A stretch of 64,000 nt of DNA from Lingula anatina (GCA_051362555.1 CM120641.1:3100001-3164000), one strand, 5' to 3'. Counted from the first letter of the stretch, positions 11,901 to 25,502 are shown. The notes: generated from the letters alone by a model not told the origin. Numbers and translations are program-made.

Positions 11901-14900
11901 AATAACGACAGCCCGTCCACGGTAGTTTCATCCAAGCGTCGAACTGTAATTTGACGCTAATTCTCTATCAAAATTATCAATTAAAATTTCTGTATTAACA
12001 CTTGGATTTTACGTAGAAATATCCTCACTATAGTAAATATATAATGAGGTGGGAAACGATTAAGCCACGTTAATGCACAGGTGAATAACAACGGATCATT
12101 CACGGAACGGTTCATACAGGCGTCTGCTGCGTATACAATCGATGGTTCACGCAGAACGGACCATACACGTGACACCGGTACTATATTCACCTCATCAGTC
12201 CGTGAAGGATATGTCCCACCACTCTGGAAACAAACATGTGTCACCACTACCTAAGTGCACTCCTCCAAAGACCATAGAGACAGACATTAGACCCATATCT
12301 CTAACTCTGGTGCTCTCTAAGTTATTGTAGGGTTTTATTGGTGAATGGATTTGGGACATTGTGACCAATAAGTTTGACCTTAGGCAGTTCGGCAGCATGA
12401 AAGGGAGTTGTACGACATACGCACTGATCGAAGCCATATACCTTATTGCAATGCAGACTGACACTCTAGGACAATATGCAAGAATGCTTTTGGTCGATTA
12501 TACCAAAGCATTCGATAGAATAGACCTCACCCTGCTTAATCAAAAACTGGCTGAATTAGCTAGGTATCCCAGGAATTATTTCAAGCTGGATCTACAATTT
12601 CCTAGCTGAGAGGAAACAGAGTGACAAGATAGGTAGTGTGAAATCAGACTGGCAACGCATTAATGCTGGTGTACCACAAGGCACAAAACTTGGTCCAGTT
12701 TTATTTGTTATTATGATTAACGACCTGAGCACCAAATGTGACATATTCAAATATGTGGATGACACCACAATTCTAAGCTACGGGAATACCGAACTGCAAG
12801 ACAATCTCTCTGATCCAACAACAGAACTCACTCTCTGGTCCCATGCTAATAAACTAACAATAAATACTACCAAGACCAAAGAGATCATATTTGATTTTTC
12901 AAAAAAAAAAAAAAAAAAAAAAAAAAAGGACACAAAACTATAACCTTACTAGTAGATAATCAAAGGATTGAGAGAGTGGGTTCTGCTGTCTTCTTAGGGG
13001 TTAAGATTAGTAGTGATATGAGCTGGGAAGGTCACATCTGTGATATTTGTAAAAAAGCAAGTAAAAGGCTACACAATCTTAAAGGTACATACGAACCGAG
13101 CATCGGTGGAGCGTGGATTCCCAGTAACAATGTAAACCACTTCTACTAGTTTCTTATACGACTCAAATTCGCCATGCCAAGGCATAAACTGGATTGATCA
13201 CTCGATCAGCCATAAAAGAGCTTTAGACTGCTCCTTTCTTTCAATTTTTGGTCGGAAATTTAACCTACTTTCGTGACCTACTTTTCTGCCCCATTGACAT
13301 ACAGCATAGAATACTAGCAGCAAAATCCATTCAAACACCATTTTCGGGTAAAATTAGACAATGCCTTTTGGTAATTCTCTTACTTATACTACTTGAAACT
13401 ACATGCTGGCATTTGGTTGGTTTTTGTGACAAAAAATTGACTTTGTATGCATCTTTAAGCTTTTGAAAAGAGCGGGTATTCCAATCAATGAACTTGTTAG
13501 CTTTTACACATCAGTAATCAGACCTACATTAGAATATGCATGCCAGGTGTGGCAGCCAGGTCTCACATAACAACAGGTTGATAAAATTGAATCCATCCAT
13601 ATGAGAGCATGTAAGATTATATTTCCAGAGCTGCCATATGATGGGGCACTTGAAACGGGTAAACTTATCACTCTTGCTTGTAGAAGAAATGAACTATCTA
13701 AAACATTATTACATAGCATGTACTCCGAAGGACACAAAATCCATCATTTGCTACCAGAGATAAATGAAAGTTCCTATACTTTGCGCCGGGTTTATAAGTG
13801 ATATTATTGGTATTTTTGAATGACGTTTAATATCGATATTTAAACAATTGAGTTCAAACACGGTCGCGAACATTAACGAAAGTGATTGCTCTCAGGGTAT
13901 TCTGAAGCATGCGTATGCCCAGGCATTACTTCTGTGGAAGAAAACGTGGTTGAGGAAAAACTCGGAAAAGAGCAGTAATAAAGAAAAAAGAACTCCTGTT
14001 ATAAAAAGGTTCGTAATCCTAATGCGTTTAACGAAATAAAGTGTTTTGTGCTTTGAGAATTTGTTTCTGAAGGGTATTTCAACTGAAATATTAAATGATT
14101 TAAAAGATTTATCATTTTATAATTTGAAACGCAAGTTCTGCGTCTGCACGCAAAACTTTTTGCAAATTTGTGAGTTTTGTCAAACCCAAAAACATATAGC
14201 AGAACAAGGTAAAAAAAAAGCATTGTTTGATGTTAGTGGCATGTTAAAAAATCATAACTTTAATGTGTTCACTAAATGTGCAGTATTTGATACGTACGTT
14301 AGTATATTTTAAATTATGTACTGAGATTTAACATGTTATTACCTTAAAGGGATATAAGAAGGGCACATACGAATTTTTTAAAAGAATGTTGGGTGTAAAA
14401 AGGAGAACTAGTGATAACTTAGTTCATTGTACATATACGTAACTTAGTACATTATGAAACCGGGAGATACCCACTTCTTTTAAGTACATAGCTACGATTT
14501 TTTAATATTGATTTATATCCGTTCTTCGAAAAATTGTTTTATAACAGCGTGCTATAAAGATCTACTGAACAAAAAATTTGATTGGGTAATTTGAGTACGG
14601 AATGAACTGGAGACACTTGACTTGTCATTAATTTTTCACGAAAACATGTCAGATAATTTTATACTGTCCTTGATAGAGTAAATATTGAAAGATAATTTTA
14701 GTCAAACATTGACCGGGGAAATATCCACAAGGAGTAAAGGGCTATTGTACCAACATCTTGTTGATAATTTTACAGTGCAATTCTATTTAAATAAGCCAAT
14801 TTCACAGAAATATAAGGAATTAATTGCCAAATTTAGACTTTCATCACATATTCTAGCTGTAGAAACTGGAAGGTAAACAGACAAATAAAAATTAAGAACC

Positions 14901-17900
14901 GGTAAACTATGTATTTTAGATGACATCGAGGATGAATTTCATTTGATTCTTTTAAGAATTTAAAAATGTCTTTGCTACAGAACGTTTAGGCAGAAGCACA
15001 TCAAGAAATTTATAATACAAAGTAAAATGTTTTCAAGCTAATTAAATTGTTATCACTTAACAATGTTTCACAATTAAACAACTTATGAAAGTACTTAAAA
15101 TGTTCATCGGAGCTTAGATTAACGTCAGTCTGATGACTTTTTATCATTACTACTAGTAGCTGTATTGTTGTTTTTATGACTCTAGAAGTTGTAAACTTCT
15201 CGTATGACTTCATATTTTTATTGCATTTCATTCTGATGAGCCGTAGGGCGCAAGGGTTTAATAAATTGAATTGAATTTCACAAATAACATGGACCTCATA
15301 TCGAATGATCAAAAGAACCCTCAAGTCATTCAAATGCAGTATTTTACACCAGTTGGGATAACCATAATTAAATGCTAGTTAAAGAAGTGAATAGATGGGA
15401 AAATGGCTTCACTCAGCTTCATTGGTAAGATCCCTCGGGTAAGAGATTTGAATGAGTATGAACTTTTAACAGTAGTCAGAAAAGTCATCTTACAGGTAGA
15501 CAATGCAGCTCAGTTTGACAGCTCTCTCTCCTCCAGTGGCACCAATGTCGTCATCGGACCACGTGACCACTTAGCTCATTAACTCCCAGGCCGAGCAAAG
15601 AGGACGTTTTTTTAAAGCCCAAAATTTACAAAATGGGCTTATAACTTGTATATTTGGATAAAGATATCGTTCGTTGCCCATTGATCATGCATTTTCTTGT
15701 TTTCTTACCATTGTCTTTGCGTGATTACAAAATATTTTCCATTCGCACGTTGCAAGTCACCATGAAACATTTCCTTATTAGGTAATCCTAATGCTTATCC
15801 TAATGCTTGAATCATATCCAAAACTCAGTTATCATGTGATAAACCGATGATCGAAATTAAGATATATTATGAAATTAACCAATCACATGAACTGTTATTG
15901 ACTTTGACCTTTTCCATCTTTTTCTGACACTAAAAATGTTCTACACTTGTTGACTCTTGATGAAACTTAACTTACACGTTGCAAGTCACCATGAAACATT
16001 TCCTTATTAGGTAATCCTAATGCTAATCCTAATGCTTGAATCATATCCAAAACTCAGTTATCATGTGATAAACCGATGATCGAAATTAAGATATATTATG
16101 AAATTAACCAATCACATGAACTGTTACTGACTTTGACCTTTTCCATCTTTTTCTGACACTAAAAATGTTCTACACTTGTTGACTCTTGATGAAACTTAAC
16201 TAACACTCAATAACTCCCTATCCTTTTACTCTTTTGATTCCGTTTTAATTGTTATCTGTAATTAGTGAAAGTGTAAATCTTTCGCTTTACAACAGTATAC
16301 TTTAAGATTGTGCATTTCACCACTATTTGTTTTTTATTGTAAAATCCAACTTTTTAAGTTGCAAATAAATACATATTATTAGGATCAACTGCAACATAAA
16401 TCCTACTGCTTTATTGCGCAGGTTCCAAAAATTTTTCGTACATGTACATCTGTTTCCACATGTACTGCTCACGAACACGAGTTGGCTAGAGTGCACATGA
16501 ACTTAATGGAGGCTCACAGTTTGAGTTTCTTTTTTATCAAAATGAAATAAAATGAAGAAAGAATTCAACTCGGTCTCGGGCTGGACAATACCTATCAAAG
16601 CTTCAACTGGATGAAAGAGACCGCCTTACTTTGCTGTTTCGTAATGCACATGTTATTGCCAAAAACAACAGACGTTTTTATGGACATACATTTGATATTA
16701 CAAGCTACACGTTCTTCATACTTGTATTGGTTTTAGTCCTTGTGTCGTTCTACCATGCCCTTTTCATTGAGTAATAAAAAAATTATCATGCAAATAATTC
16801 TTTTACAATTTTTTTCTTTCAATTAATTTTTTTACAAAGTTTATGAAATATACGGAAAACATTTCATATTCGACTTATTGTCGATGACTGAAATGATAAA
16901 AAAATACACCAGAAAACAAATAATTTTACGTATTTCTATAATTTTTTTTGTCTGACAGAACTATTACGCTTCTCAGACCGAATGACTAACAGATTTATGG
17001 CCTTTCGTAAAGTCTGTAAACCATTGAAAAACTCGATGCAATAAATACTAGGGAGGGGTGGGGGATCCAGCAACCTGTAATCATATCTGTTTATTCATTT
17101 TAATTAGGAATATTCTTCCACAGCTGTGTAAGGAATGAGACCATTAAATTAAGGATGATGTGTACGTGCAGGTCATGAGGTGAATCAATGACTCATAAGT
17201 GATCAAGTACGTGTAAGGTACAAGATGTAACGCGTGACAACTGGCATTGAACCAAAAAAAAAAAAAAAAAAAAAAAAAAACGTAACTAAAATGAACATGC
17301 AATTACATCATATGTACATACACTTTTTATCAACACCAACACACACTGCTTACAGGCCCGTAGCCAGCAATTTCAAAAGGGTTTTTTTTATTTTTGAAAA
17401 AGTGGACCATTTTCCATAAAAACTTCATGTACCTAGATCACATTTTACCCAGAGTGGAACTTTTACCAGCAAAAGGGGCGGTTTTTTCGAACCCCCCGAA
17501 CCCCCCTGGCTACGGGCCTGGCTTAAATAAAATTAGATCAGGGTGTCTGAATTGTTTTACACAAAGTGATCAAAAGATTATGATCAAATATTGCGCCATT
17601 TCTGTTACCTCCATCGTGAATACGCATGCCAATCGTTCCCCCTGTGTACAGGACCAGGACTCTCGATTCATCTTTGTATTCTAAGACAGTCCCCTTCTCC
17701 GGTCCGTATGACGGATCCATGGAAGTTTTCCCTTCAAAGTCGGAGGCAACGGAACCAGCACCGTTCTTGGATGCCATTTTAATGATTGCATCGTCCACTT
17801 CACTTGTTATCTTTTTTGCACAAGAGACACCATCTAAGACGCTCCTAATTCTGAGTAACCCAAAATAACCTAAACATTTACTAATTACAGGCACTTTCGA

Positions 17901-18246
17901 ATTTGTTACTAAGATAAGATTTTTAAGAAAGTTTGTAGGTGCAATAAAAATTCCACTCACTACATTTGCAATCACCTGTGATTGAAATATACACGTAAGG
18001 TGCTGATATTATCTATGACATAATTTACCTTTATCAACCAGCGGTTCATACAAATGTTTTTTCTATATGTAAACAATTGCCATATGTCACATTAAAGTAA
18101 GATAAACAAATAAATGTCCTATAGACACTAACCCACATACTCTTTTCCAACTCACCTACAACCTCTCCAATGCTAGCCAAACTTATTCTGCGCATCAGGC
18201 GCCTTGGTTTTCCTTTTCCGACAGCATATTGGTCACCGGTTGCCAT
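6508..18246 (-). CDS. ASPG: Type-I L-asparaginase (ASPG-like) copy B, catalytic domain only. Exons: 18156-18246, (possible 17961-17975), 17609-~17680/17833, 10271-10445, 9823-9934, 9581-9706, 8973-9056, 8546-8672, 8214-8326, 7669-7854, 6952-7065, 6508-6558
   Basis: GT-AG introns with consistent phases from the exon 2 donor onward. Motifs [66 protein letters not shown]. The exon 2 acceptor and the final exon are uncertain. Confidence 0.9.
7245..7578. mobile_element. Kolobok-like MITE in intron 9 of copy B, absent from copy C
   Basis: Perfect TIR AGGGATAATAACTCTT / AAGAGTTATTATCCCT; flanks TTGA / TTAA; empty site at ~25858. Confidence 0.75.
7857..7908. repeat. (AAT)n microsatellite directly abutting the exon 9 acceptor
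   Basis: About 17 units in B versus about 7 in C (26140-26161). Confidence 0.95.
8925..8958. repeat. (CA)n microsatellite in intron 6
   Basis: Directly visible; interrupted by an insertion in copy C. Confidence 0.95.
10297..10440 (-). repeat. 63-bp in-frame duplication inside ASPG exon 3 (period 81 bp; also 29112-29255)
   Basis: [48 protein letters not shown]. Confidence 0.95.
11489..12178. mobile_element. TA-flanked TIR element (Tc1/mariner-type MITE) inserted in the LINE
   Basis: TA|CCGGTGT...ACACCGG|TA, with an inner inverted repeat GCGTGAACCATC / GATGGTTCACGC. Removing it restores the LINE frame [16 protein letters not shown]. Confidence 0.8.
11620..11700 (+). mobile_element. tRNA-derived (SINE-head-like) remnant (also ~30434-30510)
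   Basis: A-box TAGCTCAGGCGGTAGAGC and an anticodon-like stem CTCGC...GCGAG; B-box/T-arm missing. Confidence 0.55.
13083..13454. mobile_element. Kolobok-like MITE inserted in the LINE
   Basis: TTAA|AGGTACATAC...GTATGCATCT|TTAA; removal restores KRLHNLK-LLKRAG. Confidence 0.8.
14040..15278 (+). mobile_element. 3' fragment of a second LINE (RTEX-like ORF2 C-terminus; also ~32350-33560)
   Basis: [16 protein letters not shown] followed by DDIEDEFHL; ends AATAAATTGAATTGAATT. Confidence 0.75.
15746..16206. repeat. Tandem 229-bp duplication (also ~34027-34487)
   Basis: CACGTTGCAAGTCACCATG... at 15746 and 15975. Confidence 0.95.
17353..17520. mobile_element. hAT-like MITE with a 5-bp TSD (also 35654-35837)
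   Basis: GCTTA|CAGGCCCGTAGCCAG...CTGGCTACGGGCCTG|GCTTA. Confidence 0.85.
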
Positions 18247-21200
18247 TTTTTAAAGCTAAAAATAGAATTTTAAAATTGGGCCAATTAAATTTGGCATTTC
18301 CCAAAATATAGCACTGTTCATTTAAATGCTGATCAAAATAAAAACAACAGATCGCTGCTCAGCACTGGCACTTTTCCAAATAACATATTCGACGAAAGTT
18401 AAGAGAAATCTTCAGTGCGTTTTGACCCTAAGAGTAGGCTGAATGCGTTTGAGTTGTAAAGAACGGACAATGCAATTTCGCACCAAGTAACAGGGTTACG
18501 TGGGCACCTATTTCACGGCACGTATCTCACCTACTTTTCTTATAGTCAACAAACTAATCTGTAAATATTATGTAAGTTTTCAAGGTCACGCACAACCCTT
18601 TAAATGAAGCACAGTGTACCCATGGAGAATACCCATGGAACACGGACTTTCGCCGCGTTTTCAATATTTTTGGATTTTTTAATGTCCAAAACGTACAACG
18701 TTTACTTAAATATTGTAGCAGTTTTTTTTATTCCCTCCAAAGATGATCGAGGGAAGAGCCGTTCAGGCCCGTTGTTTTGCGGTCCTGACACCAGCGTTAA
18801 ACAAGTAACAAGAAACAAGTTTTTTAAAGTTCACAAACATGTAATTCAAACTCCAACTGTAAACCGTAACAATAAAGCGAAAGAATAATGCAACATCTCT
18901 GAAGTCAGTTTGAAAGTCAGTTCCTCATAATGTCCACACAGAGAGCCACGTTACACACGATCAATTTCACACTAAAGTCTTAAAGCTCAACTGCAATGTT
19001 CTCCCTTTAAAAATATAAAGTCAACACGATTACTTAGTCCACTTAGAATGTACGTACACAGTTCCTCTCCTTCACTACGGATCCGGTTCACTGTACTTAT
19101 GGGAAAGTAACGGGCTCGGTATCTGAAACTCGGCCCTCAGGAAAGCGGGATTGCGACGGTCAACACATAAGTTCGCATCACATACTAGTAACTAGCTTGC
19201 TGTACTTCTAGAGGTAGCGGGCACGGTATCTTAAAATCGGCCCTCAGGGAAAAGCTAGATCCCCACGGTTTCGGCTCGGCTGTCTCGGCTGGAGGCGCGG
19301 CTGATCGACTGGCTCGGCTGGACACTCTGTGGTTGGCTGGATGCACGGTTGGGCGGCTGTCTCGGCTGGAAAGCAAAGTCTCTCTATTGCAGTGATAGCA
19401 CACCTCGGTTAAAGCCTCATCGGCGTATTACCATTAGGAAGGTCAGATCTCACCGCTCACGCGAAAACGGGAAAAATTCAACCTCGCTGTTTGTTTTCCA
19501 TCATAACTTCCAAGATTTGGCTGCTATGATAAATATGGAAATATATTTAAAAAGTGCACTGAATGGGCTTTCTAACAATATATGTGTAACGATGTATCAA
19601 TTCTCTGTTGTAAGCCTCCATCCACGAAACTGCTGTGAGAAATCGCCAGTGATTTCACTTCCTCCTTTGGTTCCCACTATTTACGAATTTTGCTCAACCT
19701 GCGTGTTTCGCGCCATTTTTCCAAAAGCTCCTTACGGCGTCTCGGATGTTATTTACTCGTATTTGGCCACATATTCATGCAGAGAATGAACCAAGCCTTC
19801 TTCTGAGGGGTTACAGAAGGTGATTAAACCGAAAACAGCAACCACAACTCTCGGTTCAAATAAGTTTTCAAATAACTTATCATTTTTTGGTAAGACAGAG
19901 TCGTAACAGCCGTTAGAAAATCAGTGACTTTGATCTTACCGCAAAATGGCGGACGCACCAAGCTGTTCTGCTGATGAAAAAGCAACTGCACTTTCAGCAC
20001 CCAAAGAGGATGAAGATATAAGAATATCTAATCAGAAAATCTTTGAATTATTCACGAAACCCAAGGATATTAATAAAACGTCTGCAATTGAAGAATATAG
20101 AATTTTACGTACGATATTGATGGGCCTATAATACTTTTTTTCACCTTTGAACTCGTTAGTGATCATAAAAAGGGGGGTCTTAATTAAAATCACGGAGATA
20201 TGCAATAACTCTAGAATGGTGAATGACAGTCAAACAAAAGTGAACAAAAGTAGTATTTATTAAATTTTTCTTAACTAAAATAAAAAAAGGGAAATTCCTA
20301 AAACTGCCATTATGTTATGGCAGTCTCCCCAAAAAATCTCGTTGGTTTTTGTATTACCTAGCTGCCATGATGTCCAATATCAATTTAAATTTTTTGGCAA
20401 AATGATAACTTACCAAAGTCGGATATTACTTATTTTCATTGTGCATTCTGGCATTTTTTTACTAGTTAAACCTTAAAATTGTATATGCAATTACCATTAT
20501 AATATTGGTTGCCACGGCAACAGTGGCATGGTGTTTGTTTACTATTTAACTTTTAAGTTTAACTTTTAAACATTCATAAATTGAGTACCAAGAGTGTTTC
20601 CCACTTTATATTCAATTAAAAATTCATGATAATGCGTAAAAAATAATTCAAACTGTTACCATAGCAACAGCTATCATTATGACGATTTCCATAGCAACAG
20701 ATACATTAGAAGCCATTATTGTTGTTTTTAGTGATGGCACATTTTTGAGAATCATTTTCAACCAAAAGTAGCCTTTGGGCAGTGATGCTGAAGCCTTAAG
20801 GTTGAAAAATAAAAAAAAAAATAGTATTGATTGCTATTGATATTTAGCAACGGTTGAAATAATGGATAAATGACAGAAAATTATATCTTGTCAGATTCTT
20901 TTGGGCATAGTGTAACTTTCCAGAAAATTTCAAATGGATATTTAACTCTCATCCGATCATTCGGGATTATATGAGAATTGCATGCGCATGCGTAGAGCTC
21001 AATTTGCGTTCGCGTGTTTGAGCAAGTCAATCGGCAATCCTCGGCCAATTCCGCAAGCTCCATACTATTGTCGAGTGCGGAGACATCCGAGTATTTCCAA
21101 GTGTGAGCAAGTTGGAAAGCGCTCTTTTACGCTGTCGTTTTTCCCCAAGTTTTCACCAGTTCGGTGAATGTATGGTGAACTTTTTCGACTGGTTTTGTGT

Positions 21201-23504
21201 GATTCAGTCTGGATTCCGTAATGACTGATAAAAGTTCACAAGCAGCAGATGTTGTTGGAAACATTCTGTCTGAAATGCTGCAGCAGCAGGATGCACAACA
21301 TTTAGAGCAGCATGGCCATGGGTCGACTGCTAACATAAATTCGGGGTCTGGGAATGACCAGCCTGATCGTAAAAGAAAGCACACTATTCAAATGTTAGGG
21401 GAGGCCGGAGCTAGTTGGCCCAGCCAGACACTTTTGGCCTTGTAGTGCCAACTACTGGTAGGTTTCAAAGTAAGCCCCATGAACTAAGCTACGTATGCAA
21501 CGTCATTACTTTTTTCAGGGTTGGGGCAAGCTGGCACCCTAAACGAAAATGAAATAAGTAATTTTCCTGTAGTTGTCACATGCTGTAGATGTTTTGTGCT
21601 TATTCGTCCATTGGAAACAATGAGAACTATTGTATGTAGTCGCCTTGTGGATTTCTATTGGTAGTGAGATGACTTGTCTGGCCGTTTTCCTAAACTTTAG
21701 GAAGGATCACTTGCACTGTCAACTAGGAAAGGAGGCTGCTTCCTGGACTTTTTTGCATTATCCCTCTTGCCTACCTGCGCAGCTGCTGCTTTCTAGTTGG
21801 TTTTGCAGATTCCTTCTTTTGTGTAAAGATACCACTTTCCTCTGATGCGACATGTTCCCATACATTGATGTTTCTCTGGAAACCGGATTTTAATATACTG
21901 TCTGTCTGTTCCTCATAGGACTCTGGCCAAAGCTCAATTCTTACTGGCTGTTGTCTTATTGGCCTACCAGAGCTGATCATGCATGTTTCTTTTTGCTGTG
22001 CTGATGGATGATTTTTCATACAAGATCTGGAGCTATTTCAAAGCAAAGTCCATTTTCTTGTTTTTCATGGGCATTTACGCATCAACACAACTGACAAAAA
22101 TTGATAGTATTATAATAAAACACATTTTTCACCCTTCAAATCTTCTGGACTATATTTAACATGCAAATGCAAGTCCCAGTGGATGGTCACTTAAGATAAA
22201 TCTAGATGATATATTAGGGCATGTGGTTCGGGTTCGGGTTCGCTATCTTACAAATTATATAAATTCTCCTATTCATGAAACTTCCATCGCTTTAATAGAT
22301 CAAAACAACCCCCTTTCGTTTATGTAAAATATTTTTCTAGATATTAACGCAATAAAATTACGGTAATTCTTCGATATTTTCGATGGGGAAAAATAATGTA
22401 TGAATGTATGAATCATGACTTACTCTACTGAATTAGTCATCACTACTCAGTATGCCGCTTCTTATCATGGGTTATATTGGATTATATCTTGTAAACATTA
22501 TAAATAATTTTTGAGTAACACTGGCTTTTAATTTACGCATGGTTGTGCAAATTGTATAACTTTATGGCTCTTTTACCGTGTTTACTTTTGTTTTCACCGT
22601 TAAGATTTCTTTTATCAATGATGTCAAAACACAGCAGGAGATTGCAAGGTAACCACCTCACAAGAACAAGCAACAGCTATAAACTACGAACCAGGTTAAA
22701 TTTTGCTTCCTAGAAAGGCCGCTGGCAACATTCAAATCAATAAAGGCAGCTAGAACCACGAAAGACCAGAATCAAATGAGGTGCCCCCAGAGAACAGAAA
22801 AATGTAAAACAGATTTAATTTACAAAAGCACTTTTACCAACAGGATGCATATCAACAGACTGAGAAGCTAGTCCAGATATTTTCAATACATCAGGGTTTA
22901 CCATGCAACAAGTGAGAAAATCTATCAAGTCTAAATGGTCAAAAACTCAAAGAGAAGTGAAATCAGACATTTGTGTTCAAAAATATTCACCAGTGGCATT
23001 TTCAACACCCCAGAAACCGAGTTACAGAAAACAGATACTATGCAATGTTCACATGAGCAGCAATTTAAAGATGAAACATTTGAGAAAAAGTATAAATTTT
23101 AGAAAGTCATATATATAATTTATTATACTTTAGGTGACAAACTAACACAAGTCAACTGTGTACTTATTTGTTTCAGGTAAACAAATGTATATAAATTAAA
23201 GCAAAATCAACATTACTTAAAATGATAAATATTTTCTAAAAACAGTTATATATAGTGCATAAAGTGCATGTACAAATATTAATAGCTTGTGACAAATAAA
23301 AATATTTAAGGAAAAACAATTTCAATACTGGAATGAAGATGAAACAAATTATAATGTGAAAAAATGGAAAGCAAAAAAGCTTTGATAATAGGTATATTGC
23401 ACACATTCAGCTTTAATGCGATTATCCCACAAAAAAGCCTTACAATTGTTTTAATGAAAGGGGAATACTAAAATCTAAGAATTAACCTTGCAAAGTATAA
23501 ACAA

Positions 23505-23928
23505 GTTTTTTGTGACACTTTATGGAAACTAATTTCCCTCAAGGAAATCTGTGATTCATACTTTAAACAACCTTAAGAATAAAATCAACTTTAAACCACC
23601 TTAAGAATAAAACAATATATAAGTACCTCAAGAAAGTCAAATTAAATAAAAGATACTTTTTTATGCTCATACATTTACTTAAACATATAATTTGCAAAAA
23701 GATTTAAAAATGGAATTGGGGTAGTTTGAGGTATATGTTGAAGTGCACTGATAATTATCATACTTGAGATTATTTCTCATCACATCAGTATGATACAATC
23801 ATATTATGAATGTTCAATTTTTGATCACACTTACACAAAACAGTCTGGTATATAAAAGATGCTTCACTGTTATAATAAAAATGATATACATATGTGCTTT
23901 TCCAACTAGACAAGATGATATTAAAGGT

Positions 23929-23979
<51 letters not shown>

Positions 23980-24270
23980 GTGTGTGTGTGACACTTTATG
24001 GAAACTTATAATTTCCCCTAAGGAAATCTGTGATTCATACAAAAAGATAAAAAAATGGAATTGGAGTGGTTTGAGGTATATGTTGAAGTGCACTGATAAT
24101 ACTGATCATACTGAGATTATATCTCATCACATCAATCATATTATGAATGTTCAATTTTTGATCACACTTACACAAAACAGTCTGGTATGTAAAAAGATGC
24201 TACACCGTCATTATAGAAATGATATACATGTGCTTTTCCAACTTGACAAGATGATATTAAAGGCGCTCTA
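23505..24270. repeat. Local imperfect tandem duplication in the 3' region of copy C, with a (TA)n-T-run-(TG)n junction
   Basis: TGTGACACTTTATGGAAACT at ~23511 and ~23987; copy B has a single unit (5280-5700). Confidence 0.85.
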
Positions 24271-24671
24271 TACGAGTTTTACCAGTCAAAATGAATTTTC
24301 CTTGAGGGGGGATTTTGTCCTATGTAAGAATCATTGCTTGGTTGCCCTGCACTTGGTTTTTATATTCCATTTTGATTAATTGTTGTAGTTCTAAATGACC
24401 AGCCAGTCATTTAGAAGACTGTGTCTTCCCGTATATTTCAGTTTTTAAGGTCCGAATTGAGAAAAAGCATTAGCTTTGCAGGGCCTGTAGGCATAGTAAG
24501 TATCACTATGGAAAACTCTTAAACATGCAGTGTACCTTAAACATATATCAGATAAGAAAAAAAGTCCACTTTCATCAAATAGTCAAAACACCAAAACAGC
24601 TCATATAATTAAAATACAGTGCACAATTAGGTGTTTTCATATTTCATATTATATTCATACAGGACAATAAG

Positions 24672-24860
24672 TTAAGTGTCAGTGGAAGTGCTTGTGCTAA
24701 CAATTGGCTTCACAGCGTCAAGGATCAGCTTGGAGATTTTTCTGTGTCCTTTAGCAGTTGCCTCCTTGAGTGGAGTATATCCAAACCTATATTCTGCCGT
24801 GACACTCACCCCTTGTTCTAACAGAAACTCTGCTGAATCCTGATGTCCATGAGAAGCTGC
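24672..24860 (-). pseudogene. Relic terminal ankyrin-repeat exon of ASPG copy C (frame still open)
   Basis: AASHGHQDSAEFLLEQGVSVTAEYRFGYTPLKEATAKGHRKISKLIL...*; the upstream acceptor context is G-rich and degenerate. Confidence 0.7.
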
Positions 24861-25084
24861 CCCACCCCAAAAAATTACCCAATAATTGTTTTAAAAAAAT
24901 CAAATGTCATATATGACAAAAAATCAAAATGGACATCAAAAGGGTTGCTGGTCTCGGTGTCCATGTTCACTTAGTTACACAGTGAAGAAAAGTATACCAG
25001 TATATTAAGAGTTTTTAACAGTACGGTCTGGTTTTCCTTACAACATGTAGTGCAGTTCTTTTGTCATAGTTGCCCTGGCTTAGA

Positions 25085-25502
25085 TTAGTACCACATAAAC
25101 CCACCCAATTCACCACGGAGGTTCTGCGCTAACTTCTAAAAATAAAAAAAACAAACAAACTCTAAATGTACCATCACAATATAGACGTTACTCAAAATAT
25201 ATAATATGCCGTAGTCTCCCATTGTACGTACTCCTTGCGACAACCCTTCCTGGCTGGGAGTATCTTGATAAAGCCTTTGTTCTATATTTTTATATGTTCT
25301 ACCAAATAAAGGCATTGCTTCACCTTTCAAAAAGATTCCCTGAATGCTCATCCTCACTGTACAAACACTCTCAATCAAACTGGAATAGTTGTTGCTATGA
25401 CAACAGGGATGCCCCTTTAAACCCTTTCTTCCTTTAGCAGATGCAATAATAACTGACTCACAATAAAAAGTTGATAAAGTCTTTTATATAATAAGTCTTT
25501 TA

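Larger units (their letters stand above)
11240..13800 (+). mobile_element. 5'-truncated, frameshifted CR1/L2-group LINE reverse transcriptase; its 3' UTR tail resumes at ~16295-16381
   Basis: [58 protein letters not shown]; stops and frameshifts present. Confidence 0.9.
10562..17016. mobile_element. hAT-like non-autonomous DNA transposon hosting nested insertions (copy B)
   Basis: Perfect 17-bp TIR CAGACTTTACGAAAGGC / GCCTTTCGTAAAGTCTG; flanks TAAACG / TAAACC. Confidence 0.75.

Noticed and set aside
12901-12927. Poly-A tract as a retrocopy tail
   Set aside because: It falls mid-ORF in the LINE at FDFSKK and is best explained by homopolymer expansion.
6508-18246. Horizontally acquired bacterial ansA
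   Set aside because: At least ten spliceosomal introns and ankyrin relics show descent from metazoan ASPG.
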